DNA of 64,000 nt. Origin: an uncultured Hyphomicrobiaceae bacterium. GTDB lineage: Bacteria > Pseudomonadota > Alphaproteobacteria > Rhizobiales > CAYWUX01. The translations under genes and the position numbers were made by a program. A model generated the notes under the pieces. That model saw nothing but the letters and a program-made list of their open reading frames with translations, was not told the DNA's origin and did no database searches. This document shows, piece after piece, positions 1 to 9,799 of this stretch (position 1 is its first letter; every line of letters begins with the position of its first letter). The DNA lies in the NCBI GenBank assembly GCA_964461525.1, contig CAYWUX010000001.1:271465-335464 (forward strand), given 5' to 3'.

Positions 1-625
1 CTCCGACGATATACTTAATCGCTGCCGTTGCGATCGTAGTTCTCGGCCAGAGTGCGTTTACTGCTATTCCAAACTTTTTAAATTCATCAGCCATTCCCAG
101 AACACAGAGGCTCATCCCGAATTTGGCAAGGGCGTAGGCAACATGCCCCGAAAACCATTTGGGGTTCATATCCACAGGTGGGGCGATCATCAAAATATGC
201 GGATTACTCGATTTCATTAAATGCGACAGACAATATTTTGACACCATGAATGTTCCGCGCGTATTGACCTGATGCATCAAGTCGAAACGTTTCATTTGTG
301 TTGAAGCCGTATCGCTTAACTGTATGGCGCTAGCATTATTGACACAGATGTCGATGCCCCCGAATTGTTCCACCGTCCGCTCAATCGAGTGAGACACCTG
401 GTTTTCATCCCTGACATCGACGATCATGGGCAAACTTCTGCCGCCCACCTTTTCTATCTCCTCTGCCGCAGTGTATATCGTCCCCGGCAGTTTGGGATGC
501 GGTTCGCCGGACTTGGCGGCTATCGCAATATTCGCACCGTCTCTGGCGGCCCGCAGTGCAATAGCCAATCCGATACCGCGGCTGGCACCTGTGATGTATA
601 ATGTTTTACCCTTTAAATCGCCCAT
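1..625 (-). CDS. short-chain dehydrogenase/reductase (HSDL2-like); 3' end runs off the window
   Basis: Absent from the ORF track because it is open at position 1. My minus-strand translation from the ATG at 625-623 gives MGDLKGKTLYITGASRGIGLAIALRAARDGANIAIAAK (TGxxxGIG Rossmann motif). Near the edge it reads NALWPRTTIATAAIKYIVG. Confidence 0.85.
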   Translation of the reverse strand, partial: MGDLKGKTLYITGASRGIGLAIALRAARDGANIAIAAKSGEPHPKLPGTIYTAAEEIEKVGGRSLPMIVDVRDENQVSHSIERTVEQFGGIDICVNNASAIQLSDTASTQMKRFDLMHQVNTRGTFMVSKYCLSHLMKSSNPHILMIAPPVDMNPKWFSGHVAYALAKFGMSLCVLGMADEFKKFGIAVNALWPRTTIATAAIKYIVG

Positions 626-689
626 GGAATTATTCCATTCCCTTAAAGCTATAACCGATCTAAATTATCCTGGCCGAGATCACAGAAAT

Positions 690-2486
690 TTAAGCTTTGA
701 GCAGTTCTTCCACTTCATCAGACAGAATAGTTTCGGAACCTCGCATAACGGTTTTTGCAAGAGCCGCAGATTCCCCGATCAGATTTTCGGCAAAAAACCG
801 GGCCAGCAGCATTTGATCCGATAATTCCTTCAAATCCGAACGCTGAATTTCCAGAGCCCCCTTTGCCAGATAGATGCCACCTGTCACCACGCCAAACAGG
901 CGCAGGTATGGAGTGGCCCCGCACAACGCAGCATCAGGTCTGGACACCAGTTGTTCCAGCATCCAGTCCGTAGTGCGTTCCAGCAGATTCACAGCATCAG
1001 ATAGATAATCACCAATATTTTTCAACGCCCTGTGATTGGAGTTAGAGACTTCCTCGGAAACTTTTGTTAGCTCGTTAATATGACACCGGGCTACAGCACC
1101 GTTCTTGAGTGGCAGTTTACGGGTGACGAGATCAATGGCCTGAATGCCGTTCGTTCCTTCGTAGATAGGTGTAATCCGGGCATCTCGAAATAGCTGCGCG
1201 GCCCCCGTTTCCTCTATATATCCCATACCGCCGTGCACCTGGATATTGCAGGATGAGACTTCTACGCCGATATCGGTACTGTAGGCCTTGGCCACCGGGG
1301 TAAGAAGCCCGGCCTTTTCGCTTGCGGCGGTCCTTTCATCTTGATCGGAACCGCAACGGGACAAATCCAGCGCCGCGGCGGTCGTATAGCAGATGGCCCG
1401 GGCTGCCGCGGTCTTCGCCCGCATCGTAAGAAGCATCCTGCGAACATCAGGATGATTTACGATAGGTTGCATCTCCTTTGCAGAATTGCCGGTCGCACGA
1501 GAATCGGTGTGTCCCTGTTTTCGCTCATTCGCATAAGCCATGGCCTGCTGAGTAGCGCTTTCAGCTAATGAAACGCCCTGAATGCCGACTCCCAGACGAG
1601 CCTCATTCATCATTGTGAACATTGCAACCAGTCCCTTATGCTCCTGTCCCACAAGCCACCCGACGGCACCTCCTTTTTCGCCGAAATTCATAACGCATGT
1701 CGGACTGGCATGAATTCCAAGCTTGTGCTCGACTTTTGTGCAGATCACATCATTGCGCCGGCCCGGGCTTCCATCTTTATTCAACAGGTACTTTGGCACC
1801 AGGAACAGGGAAATTCCCTTGGTGCCGGGAGGGCTTCCGGGAGTTCGGGCAAGCACCATATGGATGATATTTTCAGTCAGTGAATGCTCACCGTAGCTGA
1901 TAAAGATCTTTGTGCCTTTAATAAGATATGAACCGTCCGCCTGTGGTGCCGCGGAAGTATTGATACTGTTGAGATCAGAACCCGCCTGGGGTTCGGTAAG
2001 TTGCATCGTTCCCGACCAGGTACCGCTTACCATTTTTTCCAGATAGAGAGACTTAAGCTCGTCGCTGGCAAACCTGTAGATGGCATTGACAGCCGCCTGG
2101 GTCAGCAAAGGGTTCAGAGCAAACGACAATGAAGCTGCTGTCCAGATTTCCACACATGCCATTGCAACCGAAATCGGCAATTCCTGGCCACCATAGGCCT
2201 CAGGACCCGATACGGCGGCCCATCCTGCTGAAGTCCAGTCACGGTATGTCTCCCTCCACGACGCTGGCAGACTGACTTCACCATCCTTCAGAGACGCACC
2301 CACCAGGTCGCCCTCGCGGTTAATCGGCGCGATACGTTCTTCTGCAAATTTTCCAGCTTCTTCAAATATTGCAGCTAATAGGTCTCGATCCAGGTTTTGA
2401 AAAAGGCCACGCTCCACCAGTTGGTCAAATCCGGCAACTTGATTCAGGGTGCAATTAATGTCAACTAAGGGCGCACGAAAACTCAT
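690..2486 (-). CDS. acyl-CoA dehydrogenase, long (~600 aa) form
   Basis: 619-aa ORF 690..2549. ACAD-like blocks include TEPQAGSD, GEHKLGIHASPT and IYEGTNGIQAIDL. I prefer the internal ATG at 2486 (MSFRAPL) because GAGGA sits 7-8 nt upstream. It is 64 nt upstream of the SDR gene on the same strand. Confidence 0.9.
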   Translation of the reverse strand: MSFRAPLVDINCTLNQVAGFDQLVERGLFQNLDRDLLAAIFEEAGKFAEERIAPINREGDLVGASLKDGEVSLPASWRETYRDWTSAGWAAVSGPEAYGGQELPISVAMACVEIWTAASLSFALNPLLTQAAVNAIYRFASDELKSLYLEKMVSGTWSGTMQLTEPQAGSDLNSINTSAAPQADGSYLIKGTKIFISYGEHSLTENIIHMVLARTPGSPPGTKGISLFLVPKYLLNKDGSPGRRNDVICTKVEHKLGIHASPTCVMNFGEKGGAVGWLVGQEHKGLVAMFTMMNEARLGVGIQGVSLAESATQQAMAYANERKQGHTDSRATGNSAKEMQPIVNHPDVRRMLLTMRAKTAAARAICYTTAAALDLSRCGSDQDERTAASEKAGLLTPVAKAYSTDIGVEVSSCNIQVHGGMGYIEETGAAQLFRDARITPIYEGTNGIQAIDLVTRKLPLKNGAVARCHINELTKVSEEVSNSNHRALKNIGDYLSDAVNLLERTTDWMLEQLVSRPDAALCGATPYLRLFGVVTGGIYLAKGALEIQRSDLKELSDQMLLARFFAENLIGESAALAKTVMRGSETILSDEVEELLKA

Positions 2487-2582
2487 AGTATGATCCTCAA
2501 TAAAAATGCCTTCGTTCAGATCTTGACCTGTTCCGGATGTCTGCGCCAATAATGTTCATGAATTTTTGTATAAATAAACCCC

Positions 2583-3548
2583 ATGAAGATCAATTCTATA
2601 CTATCTGAACAAATCTCTGCGGCCGCGGTCCGCCTAAAAGCGGGAGATCTGGTTGCATTTCCTACGGAAACTGTTTATGGACTGGGCGCCGACGCGACCA
2701 ATGACACCGCCGTTGGTAAAATTTTCGAGGTAAAGCGGAGGCCGCAGTTCAACCCGTTGATTGTACATATTCCCAATATGGACATGGCGAGAACTGTTGC
2801 GAAATTCACACCGGCAGCGCAAATTCTTGCCAAATATTTCTGGCCCGGACCCCTTACACTCGTGCTGCCGCTAAAGTTATCAGCTAATTTGTCGGCGCGG
2901 GTTACCGCAAATTTGGACAGTATTGCCCTGCGAATACCCCGCCATCCTGTAGCTCAGAACCTGCTTAATCAGGTAGGGCGTCCAATTGCTGCGCCGAGTG
3001 CCAATATATCGGGAAGCGTCAGCGCTACGAAAGCGTCACACGTTCGTGATGATTTCATTGAGAATAATATAACAATTCTGGATGGTGGAGATGCGGAATG
3101 CGGTCTGGAGTCAACGATTGTCGGACTCATAGACAAAAAAATCAGTTTGTTACGCCTTGGCGCCGTGGACAGAGCCTCGATTGAAGAACGACTCGGTACC
3201 ACTTTGGAAACATCAGAACAAATTGGGTCCCGGCCCAATGCTCCGGGACAGCTGGCCAGCCACTATGCGCCGAAAGCCCGCTTGCGTCTTGATGCAACGG
3301 AGGTAACCAGCGATGAGGCGCTATTGGCGTTTGGTCCGAATCCATTGATAGGAGCACGATATTCATTGAACCTTAGTCCCAAAGGGGATCTGAACGAAGC
3401 TGCGGCTAAACTGTTCTCCCTGTTAAGGGAACTTGACCAAAGCGAATGCGAAACAATAGCAGTCATGTCCGTGCCTGATTTTGGACTTGGTGAGGCTATA
3501 AATGACCGGCTTAGACGGGCGGCAGCCCCCCGCCCTTCAAATAAGTAG
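2583..3548 (+). CDS. tsaC: L-threonylcarbamoyladenylate synthase (Sua5/YwlC/TsaC long form)
   Basis: 321 aa. Carries the AFPTETVYGLGADA and APSANISG motifs plus a C-terminal Sua5 domain. Confidence 0.9.
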   Translation: MKINSILSEQISAAAVRLKAGDLVAFPTETVYGLGADATNDTAVGKIFEVKRRPQFNPLIVHIPNMDMARTVAKFTPAAQILAKYFWPGPLTLVLPLKLSANLSARVTANLDSIALRIPRHPVAQNLLNQVGRPIAAPSANISGSVSATKASHVRDDFIENNITILDGGDAECGLESTIVGLIDKKISLLRLGAVDRASIEERLGTTLETSEQIGSRPNAPGQLASHYAPKARLRLDATEVTSDEALLAFGPNPLIGARYSLNLSPKGDLNEAAAKLFSLLRELDQSECETIAVMSVPDFGLGEAINDRLRRAAAPRPSNK

Positions 3549-3726
3549 ATGTTTAACTCGAAGGATGTAAAAATTGTCCCCGGTTTTACCGGAATGACCT
3601 AAAGGTTTCATATTTGAAACTGTTTAAAACTCTTTGATACTAACGACCGGTCTGCAAAACTGTTCAAAACAGTTGCACCAATCCGGCAACCGCTAACCGG
3701 TACCAGAAAGCCCTGGACGAATTAGG

Positions 3727-5169
3727 ATGAAAGACAAGCTAACTCCCGGACTGAAATCGCCGTCCAAAGAGACGTTAAAACGCCTGGCCGAAATTGTTGG
3801 TGACAAATACGCATTGCGCAATGATACCGAGATGGCTCCTTATCTGGTTGAACGGCGTGACACCTATTTCGGCAAAGCTGCAATGGTTTTGCGCCCCGGA
3901 ACCACCAGGGAAGTATCCGAAATCCTGTCACTGGCCAATCAAACGCGAACTGCCATTGTTCCCCAGGGCGGGAATACGGGACTTGTGGGGGCTCAAATCC
4001 CGTTTGAGAGTGGTAATGAAATAATACTGTGTCTGGACCGTCTTAACCGAATTCGCGACATCGATCTCGACAGCAACAGTATAACTGTGGAAGCTGGCGT
4101 TATATTGCAGAACATTCAAAGTGCTGCAAGTGATGTAAACCGTCTTTTCCCACTGAGTTTGGCCGCTCAGGGCAGTTGTCAAATCGGCGGAAACATCGCC
4201 ACCAATGCGGGCGGCGTTGGCGTTCTTGCTTATGGAAACACCCGGTCTCTGGTTCTCGGGCTGGAGTTCGTTCTTCCGGATGGACGTATCATAGACGACC
4301 TGAAATGCCTCAGAAAAGACAATACGGGGTATGATCTTAAAAATCTCATGGTCGGTTCGGAAGGTACATTAGGCGTAATTACAGCGGCCGCGCTCAGACT
4401 GTTTCCCAAGCCAACGTCCAGGGCAACTGCTTTCGCAGGACTTGAATCACTCGAGCAAACTCAGAAATTTTTTAACCTGGCGATGGAGATTGGAGGTTCA
4501 CAGCTCACTTCCTTTGAAGTAATGGTAAATCTCTGCCTGGATATAATTATGACCCATGTCGAAGGAGCAGTTGATCCGCTGGAGCAACGTTATCCTTGGA
4601 ATGTTCTTTTGGAGATTTCGTCAACGGGTAAGTCGGAAAAAGCGGAATCCATTGCTCAAAACATTTTGGAAACAGCATTCGAACAAGAGCTGGTGTCCGA
4701 TGGAACACTGGCCTCATCACTGGCTCAGTCAGACAATCTCTGGCACATTCGGGAGGAGTTATCGGAAACTCAGCGGCTGGAAGGCGCAAGCCTTAAATGT
4801 GACATTTCGATACCCATAGCCCGAATTCCCGAATTTATCAAAAAAGCAAGTTCGGTTGTAACTGAACTTTGCCCAAATTGCCGCCCCATTCCATTTGGTC
4901 ACTATGGTGACGGAAACATTCATTTTAATGTTCTCCAACCAGTTGAGATGAATAAAAATAATTTCCTGGAATTGGTGCCTCAATTAGCTGCAGCTGTAAA
5001 CGAAATCGTCATATCTCTCGACGGATCAATCAGTGCTGAACACGGTATCGGCCGTCTGAAACGCGAGATGCTCCAAAGCTTTCGCAGCGAGGCCGAACTC
5101 GACCTTATGCGGGGTATAAAAAATGTCTTCGATCCCAATGGAATTATGAATCCTGGAAAGGTAATTTAA
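3727..5169 (+). CDS. FAD-linked oxidase (GlcD / D-2-hydroxyacid dehydrogenase family)
   Basis: 480 aa. FAD_binding_4-type blocks VPQGGNTGLVGA and GSEGTLGVIT, with C-terminal SAEHGIGRLK. Confidence 0.85.
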   Translation: MKDKLTPGLKSPSKETLKRLAEIVGDKYALRNDTEMAPYLVERRDTYFGKAAMVLRPGTTREVSEILSLANQTRTAIVPQGGNTGLVGAQIPFESGNEIILCLDRLNRIRDIDLDSNSITVEAGVILQNIQSAASDVNRLFPLSLAAQGSCQIGGNIATNAGGVGVLAYGNTRSLVLGLEFVLPDGRIIDDLKCLRKDNTGYDLKNLMVGSEGTLGVITAAALRLFPKPTSRATAFAGLESLEQTQKFFNLAMEIGGSQLTSFEVMVNLCLDIIMTHVEGAVDPLEQRYPWNVLLEISSTGKSEKAESIAQNILETAFEQELVSDGTLASSLAQSDNLWHIREELSETQRLEGASLKCDISIPIARIPEFIKKASSVVTELCPNCRPIPFGHYGDGNIHFNVLQPVEMNKNNFLELVPQLAAAVNEIVISLDGSISAEHGIGRLKREMLQSFRSEAELDLMRGIKNVFDPNGIMNPGKVI

Positions 5170-5408
5170 GCTCAGCGCTGCAATCCAGAATCAGTTTTGT
5201 CGTCCCCCAAAAATTATCAAAATATTTTGCATTGAATTTGTGCTATCGTAATCCTTTGGAAACCAAATGCACTCACACTTTATTAAAGTGGATTGAAGTC
5301 GAACAACAATTCGTTTCCAAACGGATAAACCGCCGGTTGGGAACACTGAGTTTTTTCACCACGCCTCTCAATTTAACAGAATATTGCCCTAAAGAAGAAT
5401 ATCCTAAA

Positions 5409-5900
5409 ATGTCGACAGTACCAGCTAAACAAAATTCTAAGCCCAGACATACACCGTTAAAAATCTATCAGTCTCTTATGCGCGAGCATTTCAGGAAATT
5501 GGCCCGGGCCGGAGCCAAAAACAGTGTAGGTCATCACAAACATGAACTGGCCAAATGTTATTTGATTCAAATATCAGCTCTCGTCATGTTGCTGGAGCAA
5601 ATGCCACAGGCACCTGAAGAATTTGCACTTGATATCCTGGCATGGACGCCGGAACCAAGAGTCGAACGACAGATCGAGGCCGGTTCGGGAAAAAATAATG
5701 ATCACAACGGAATGTTCGCGTCAGTCATAGAAGATTTACAGGCCACCTCTGTAAGGCTGGTGGAAAATTTAAGACGTGCGATGGAAATTGGTGAGTTGGG
5801 CACGCTGTTTAAATTGTGCGAAGAGAAAGCTCCCATCCTTCGCAAACGCGTTGCGGAAATAGAGGATCGGATGATGCCAAATAGTATGGTTATTTATTGA
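5409..5900 (+). CDS. hypothetical protein with no recognisable domain, predicted helical
   Basis: ORF 5232..5900 opens at a TTG. The first in-frame ATG is at 5409 (MSTVPAKQNSKPRH). I recognise no motif. It is called a gene only on length and strand context. Confidence 0.5.
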   Translation: MSTVPAKQNSKPRHTPLKIYQSLMREHFRKLARAGAKNSVGHHKHELAKCYLIQISALVMLLEQMPQAPEEFALDILAWTPEPRVERQIEAGSGKNNDHNGMFASVIEDLQATSVRLVENLRRAMEIGELGTLFKLCEEKAPILRKRVAEIEDRMMPNSMVIY

Positions 5901-6044
5901 GAATTGAATCCCGGAGATTCGAATTTGCGCGATGCTGGACAAACAGCGAGAGAATAGCTATCAGCAAGAGCGGTGGTGTAATATCTAGTTAACCTGTCAG
6001 GATGCTCTGTAAATGTTGCACAATTCCGGTTTCTGAGACGCACT

Positions 6045-6506
6045 ATGCCCAGGGGAAACGACAGCCCAGGAATTACACCCGTCCCCGCAGCCAGCATAGC
6101 TGTATTCAGGGAAAATTCCGTATTGCTCGCAAAGCGTGGTAGAGGGCATCTGAAAGGCCTCTGGAGTCTTCCGGGTGGACATATAGAGCCCGGTGAAAAA
6201 GCCCGGGATGCGGCATTAAGGGAATTAACAGAAGAGACGGGAGTAACCGCCCGGGGCGTGAAACACCTGACCTGTCACGATATGATACTCCGGGACAGCC
6301 ACGGGATGTTGTCAGCCCACTATGTTTTAAATGTTTATTACGGGCATTGGGAGGCGGGCCAGGCTAAAGCAGCAAGTGATATCATTGATGTTTGTTGGGC
6401 TGCCCCCGAAATTCTTTCGCAATTTTCTTTAACGCCGGGCGCAAAGGATCTGATTTTTACAGCTTGGAATTTGATTTTGAAACAAGGTCGTCACAACGAA
6501 AAATAA
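6045..6506 (+). CDS. NUDIX hydrolase
   Basis: 153 aa. Nudix box GGHIEPGEKARDAALRELTEETGV (GX5EX7REUXEEXGU). Confidence 0.85.
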   Translation: MPRGNDSPGITPVPAASIAVFRENSVLLAKRGRGHLKGLWSLPGGHIEPGEKARDAALRELTEETGVTARGVKHLTCHDMILRDSHGMLSAHYVLNVYYGHWEAGQAKAASDIIDVCWAAPEILSQFSLTPGAKDLIFTAWNLILKQGRHNEK

Positions 6507-6707
6507 CTCTGCATACAACAATGATCACAAAGATTTCACTTGCCGTGTTTGGGATTTATACGAGCTTCAGGGCAAGATGACTGAGATTGTTTTTCAATTT
6601 CGGGTGTATTTGGACCTCAGCTGATCTCCGGAATTGGAACAGAAGGTAATAGACCGGAGTTGTCGATTTCAGCATCAAGGCATCAGGTTATGAGTATTTC
6701 CGATCCC

Positions 6708-7706
6708 ATGAAAAAAATTTCCGCCATCGCACTCGTTGTTGTTTTCGCTGTCCTGTCAGGGACGACGTGGACCAATGCTTCTCCGAGTGTGTGGAAAGGT
6801 CAGGGATGGACAAAGACAAATTTTGACAAGAAAATTATAGAATTTGAAGCGATCTTGTCAGGGGGGCCGCCGAAAGACGGTATCCCATCAATCGACAATC
6901 CCAAGTTTATTGCTGCAGCAGAGGAAAAGGATCTCGGGGAAATGGAACCCGTGATCGGCCTCGAAGTGAATGGTGAGGCCAAAGCTTATCCGCTCAGAAT
7001 TCTGATATGGCACGAGATTGTAAATGACGTCATCGGCGGTAAACCTGTTGCAGTCACATATTGTCCATTATGCAATTCCGCGGTTGTGTTCGAGAGGGAG
7101 TTCAATGGCCGCGTTCATGACTTCGGTACCACCGGTAAGCTTCGCAATTCTGATCTAGTTATGTATGACCGGCAAACCGAAAGTTGGTGGCAGCAATTTG
7201 AAGGCAAGGGAATTGTCGGCGAGTATACCGGCAGGGAACTGGTAACTATTCCTGCAAGACTGGAATCGTTCGCGAAATTCAAAGCCAGACAAGCCGACGG
7301 CAAAGTTTTAACGCCGCGCAAACGGCGAATTCGACAGTATGGTTTCAATCCCTATGTTGGTTATGATTCTCGGAATGCACCCTATCCGCTGTTTCGCGGT
7401 GATCTGCCAACGGACATCAACCCGATGTCAAGAGTTATCGTCGTGAAATCCAAGGGCAAACCTGTTGGTGTCACTATGGATCTCGTGCGCAAATCCGGTC
7501 CCATTAAAATCGATGACATAACAATTTCCTGGGAGAACGGCCAGAATTCAGCGCTCGATGATTCTTCTATCAAAAAAGGACGGGATGTCGGCAATATCAC
7601 CGCTCAGAGGATGCAAAATGGAACAATGGTGGATCATGTCTATGACGTAACATTCGCCTTTGTTTTTAAAGCCTTTTACCCGGACCAACAAATCAGGCAG
7701 TACTAG
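6708..7706 (+). CDS. DUF3179-family exported protein
   Basis: ORF 6660..7706. The ATG at 6708 gives MKKISAIALVVVFAVLSG, a signal-like N-terminus. DUF3179-like blocks include DGIPSIDNPKF, TYCPLCNS and GKLRNSDLVMYDRQTESWWQQ. Confidence 0.8.
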   Translation: MKKISAIALVVVFAVLSGTTWTNASPSVWKGQGWTKTNFDKKIIEFEAILSGGPPKDGIPSIDNPKFIAAAEEKDLGEMEPVIGLEVNGEAKAYPLRILIWHEIVNDVIGGKPVAVTYCPLCNSAVVFEREFNGRVHDFGTTGKLRNSDLVMYDRQTESWWQQFEGKGIVGEYTGRELVTIPARLESFAKFKARQADGKVLTPRKRRIRQYGFNPYVGYDSRNAPYPLFRGDLPTDINPMSRVIVVKSKGKPVGVTMDLVRKSGPIKIDDITISWENGQNSALDDSSIKKGRDVGNITAQRMQNGTMVDHVYDVTFAFVFKAFYPDQQIRQY

Positions 7707-7871
7707 CAATACCCTGTTCTCAGCCGATACAGAATTCCAGTTAACCGTAAATCTGTACCTAATCTGTTGCTGTAAAGAGCGCCTTTCTGGAAAAAATTAA
7801 TCGTTCTCTCCTATTGGGACTTGTCAAAAACATCTGCAAAAAGCAGACTGATACCGTTAATACCAATTGTG

Positions 7872-8309
7872 ATGCCGAGAATGCAGTTAACACCAGTTTG
7901 CCATCAAGCAAAATTCAGCCGCTATTCAATAGCGATATTCGTGAGCATAATGCTCATTTTGGCAACGGCGGGAGCAAACTCAGCGAACAGTCAGTCCTTA
8001 AACGAAGATTTGCGCCCGTATGACACTAAATTGAATCGGCTGTCTGAAATTCTGGGGGTTATTCATTACCTTCGCGGACTTTGTGGTGCCAATGAGGGTC
8101 AATTGTGGCGGCAGCAGATGGAGGAAATACTGAAATCCGAGGGAACTTCAGCAATTCGACGTGTCAGGCTTGCGCTGAATTTCAACAAGGGATATCGAAG
8201 TTTCCGCAGGACTTACCGCCATTGTACCGATTCTGCCAGGGTCGCCCTCGACAGATTTATGACTGAAGGCACCACTATTGCGCAAAATCTAGTCGCTGAA
8301 AATAAATAA
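7872..8309 (+). CDS. TIGR02301-like conserved alphaproteobacterial protein, exported
   Basis: ORF 7821..8309 opens at a TTG, with ATGs at 7872 and 7881. A hydrophobic stretch IAIFVSIMLILATAGA is followed by RLSEILGVIHYLRGLCG, WRQQM, FNKGYRSFRRTYRHCT, which is the pattern I associate with TIGR02301. The start is uncertain. Confidence 0.65.
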   Translation: MPRMQLTPVCHQAKFSRYSIAIFVSIMLILATAGANSANSQSLNEDLRPYDTKLNRLSEILGVIHYLRGLCGANEGQLWRQQMEEILKSEGTSAIRRVRLALNFNKGYRSFRRTYRHCTDSARVALDRFMTEGTTIAQNLVAENK

Positions 8310-8320
8310 AATCCCTTTAT

Positions 8321-8377
8321 TTTGCCATAATAGTTGCCCTTCTTTGCCATAAAAATTGCAAAGGTAAAGTTTACCTT
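8321..8377. repeat. phased TTTGCCATAA direct repeat followed by a 17-bp perfect palindrome
   Basis: TTTGCCATAA occurs at 8321-8330 and 8343-8352, with a TTGCC core also at 8334-8338. AAGGTAAA-g-TTTACCTT lies at 8361-8377. All sit in the AT-rich spacer after the TIGR02301-like gene. The sequence observation is certain; the function is unknown. Confidence 0.4.
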
Positions 8378-8491
8378 ACTTACAGATAGATCGATACCGA
8401 TTCGGTTCCTGTGATAATAAATAATGTTGACGTTTGAGACTCGAACGAAGAAAAACTTCGCGAATTTGAACACAAACTACAGGTCAGTTGA

Positions 8492-8737
8492 ATGCAGGAT
8501 CTAGAAAGCTCAATCGAGAAACGGCTAAACCACGTCGCTCTGCGTTATATTCAGGAGGCTTGGGAAGAAGCGATTCTTGATGGTCTGGAACCACAAATGC
8601 TCGTTAATGCCGCGCTATATGCAGCGATATCCGACCTTGTTGACAGCTATGGGGAAGAAGCCGTCGCGTCAATGGCTGAAGGCTTGTCCAAGCGCATTCA
8701 GCATGGTGAATTTACGGTTATCAGAACCACACAGTGA
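8492..8737 (+). CDS. small acidic hypothetical protein (81 aa)
   Basis: ATG-initiated ORF on the same strand as its neighbours. No recognisable motif and a weak RBS. Confidence 0.45.
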   Translation: MQDLESSIEKRLNHVALRYIQEAWEEAILDGLEPQMLVNAALYAAISDLVDSYGEEAVASMAEGLSKRIQHGEFTVIRTTQ

Positions 8738-9049
8738 TACCAGCACCCGCCGTCAAAATATTATCCGATCATAGCTTATGAAATTATTGAATTAAGACAA
8801 ACATTGTAACGTGTCTGCAATCCTATGAAGCTTGTCAGGCCAGAAATGAGTTCTTCGTGGTTGACGGATAAATAATATCGTCCAATGCAGAGCTCCAGTT
8901 GTAATTTCATTGCAATTTTAGACATGATTGTCAAAAAATATTGACCGAAGCTTGCCAATTCTGGATATTATTATCTGAAGCACACACTTAAAAATGGCAG
9001 CTGTCGATCCAAATCAACATTTTATTAATTGGGAATTATTGGGACGGGA

Positions 9050-9649
9050 ATGAAGACTTTCTACTCTTTAGGAGTGACGTTATTTTGTGCTGCAATGATT
9101 GGTTTGTTTTTTGTCGTCAAAGGTGTAGAAATCGGCGCCATGCCGGGTCAAGAGAAAAAGCAGACACAGCAGTCGCCGCAAGCATTGCCTGAAGTTATCT
9201 ATGATCCGGAGTTGCTCCCGGAAAGTGTTGCCAAAACTCGAACATCGATCTTGGAAGCCGCCCGCTCTGGAAATATAGAGAACCTTCGCCCGATACTTGA
9301 ATCAAACGAATTACTTCCCGTGATCAGTCCGGAAGGTGTTGATGATGCGATCGCGTATTGGAAATCCCAATCCGCTGACGGCAAGGGATATGAAACTCTG
9401 GCCAGCATGGTACAAATATTCAAGGCGGGCTTTGTCCGGATTAACAAGGATACGCTTGAAGAGATATATATCTGGCCATATTTTGCCGAAATTCCACTTG
9501 ATAAATTGACTCCGTCTCAAAAAGTTGAGCTTTATCAACTGTTGCCGCATTCAGAAATCAAGGCGATGGAACGTAATGGAAAATACAATTATATTCGGGC
9601 GGGTATAGACCGCTCTGGCGTCTGGCACTTTTTTGTTTCCGGCGGCTAG
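9050..9649 (+). CDS. hypothetical exported or membrane-anchored protein
   Basis: ORF 9029..9649. The ATG at 9050 gives MKTFYSLGVTLFCAAMIGLFFVV, an N-terminal hydrophobic helix. No known domain recognised. Confidence 0.55.
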   Translation: MKTFYSLGVTLFCAAMIGLFFVVKGVEIGAMPGQEKKQTQQSPQALPEVIYDPELLPESVAKTRTSILEAARSGNIENLRPILESNELLPVISPEGVDDAIAYWKSQSADGKGYETLASMVQIFKAGFVRINKDTLEEIYIWPYFAEIPLDKLTPSQKVELYQLLPHSEIKAMERNGKYNYIRAGIDRSGVWHFFVSGG

Positions 9650-9799
9650 ACCAAACCATCCCATTGGCGAATAGGTTACATTTCAATTTTTTAATTTTGC
9701 AGTAATTCTCTTAAATCCGGTTTCCAAATTGAAATCCGATCTTGAACCCCGCGCATTGCTCTCGTAAATCTAATTCATCTGATTCACCGGATCCGACAA

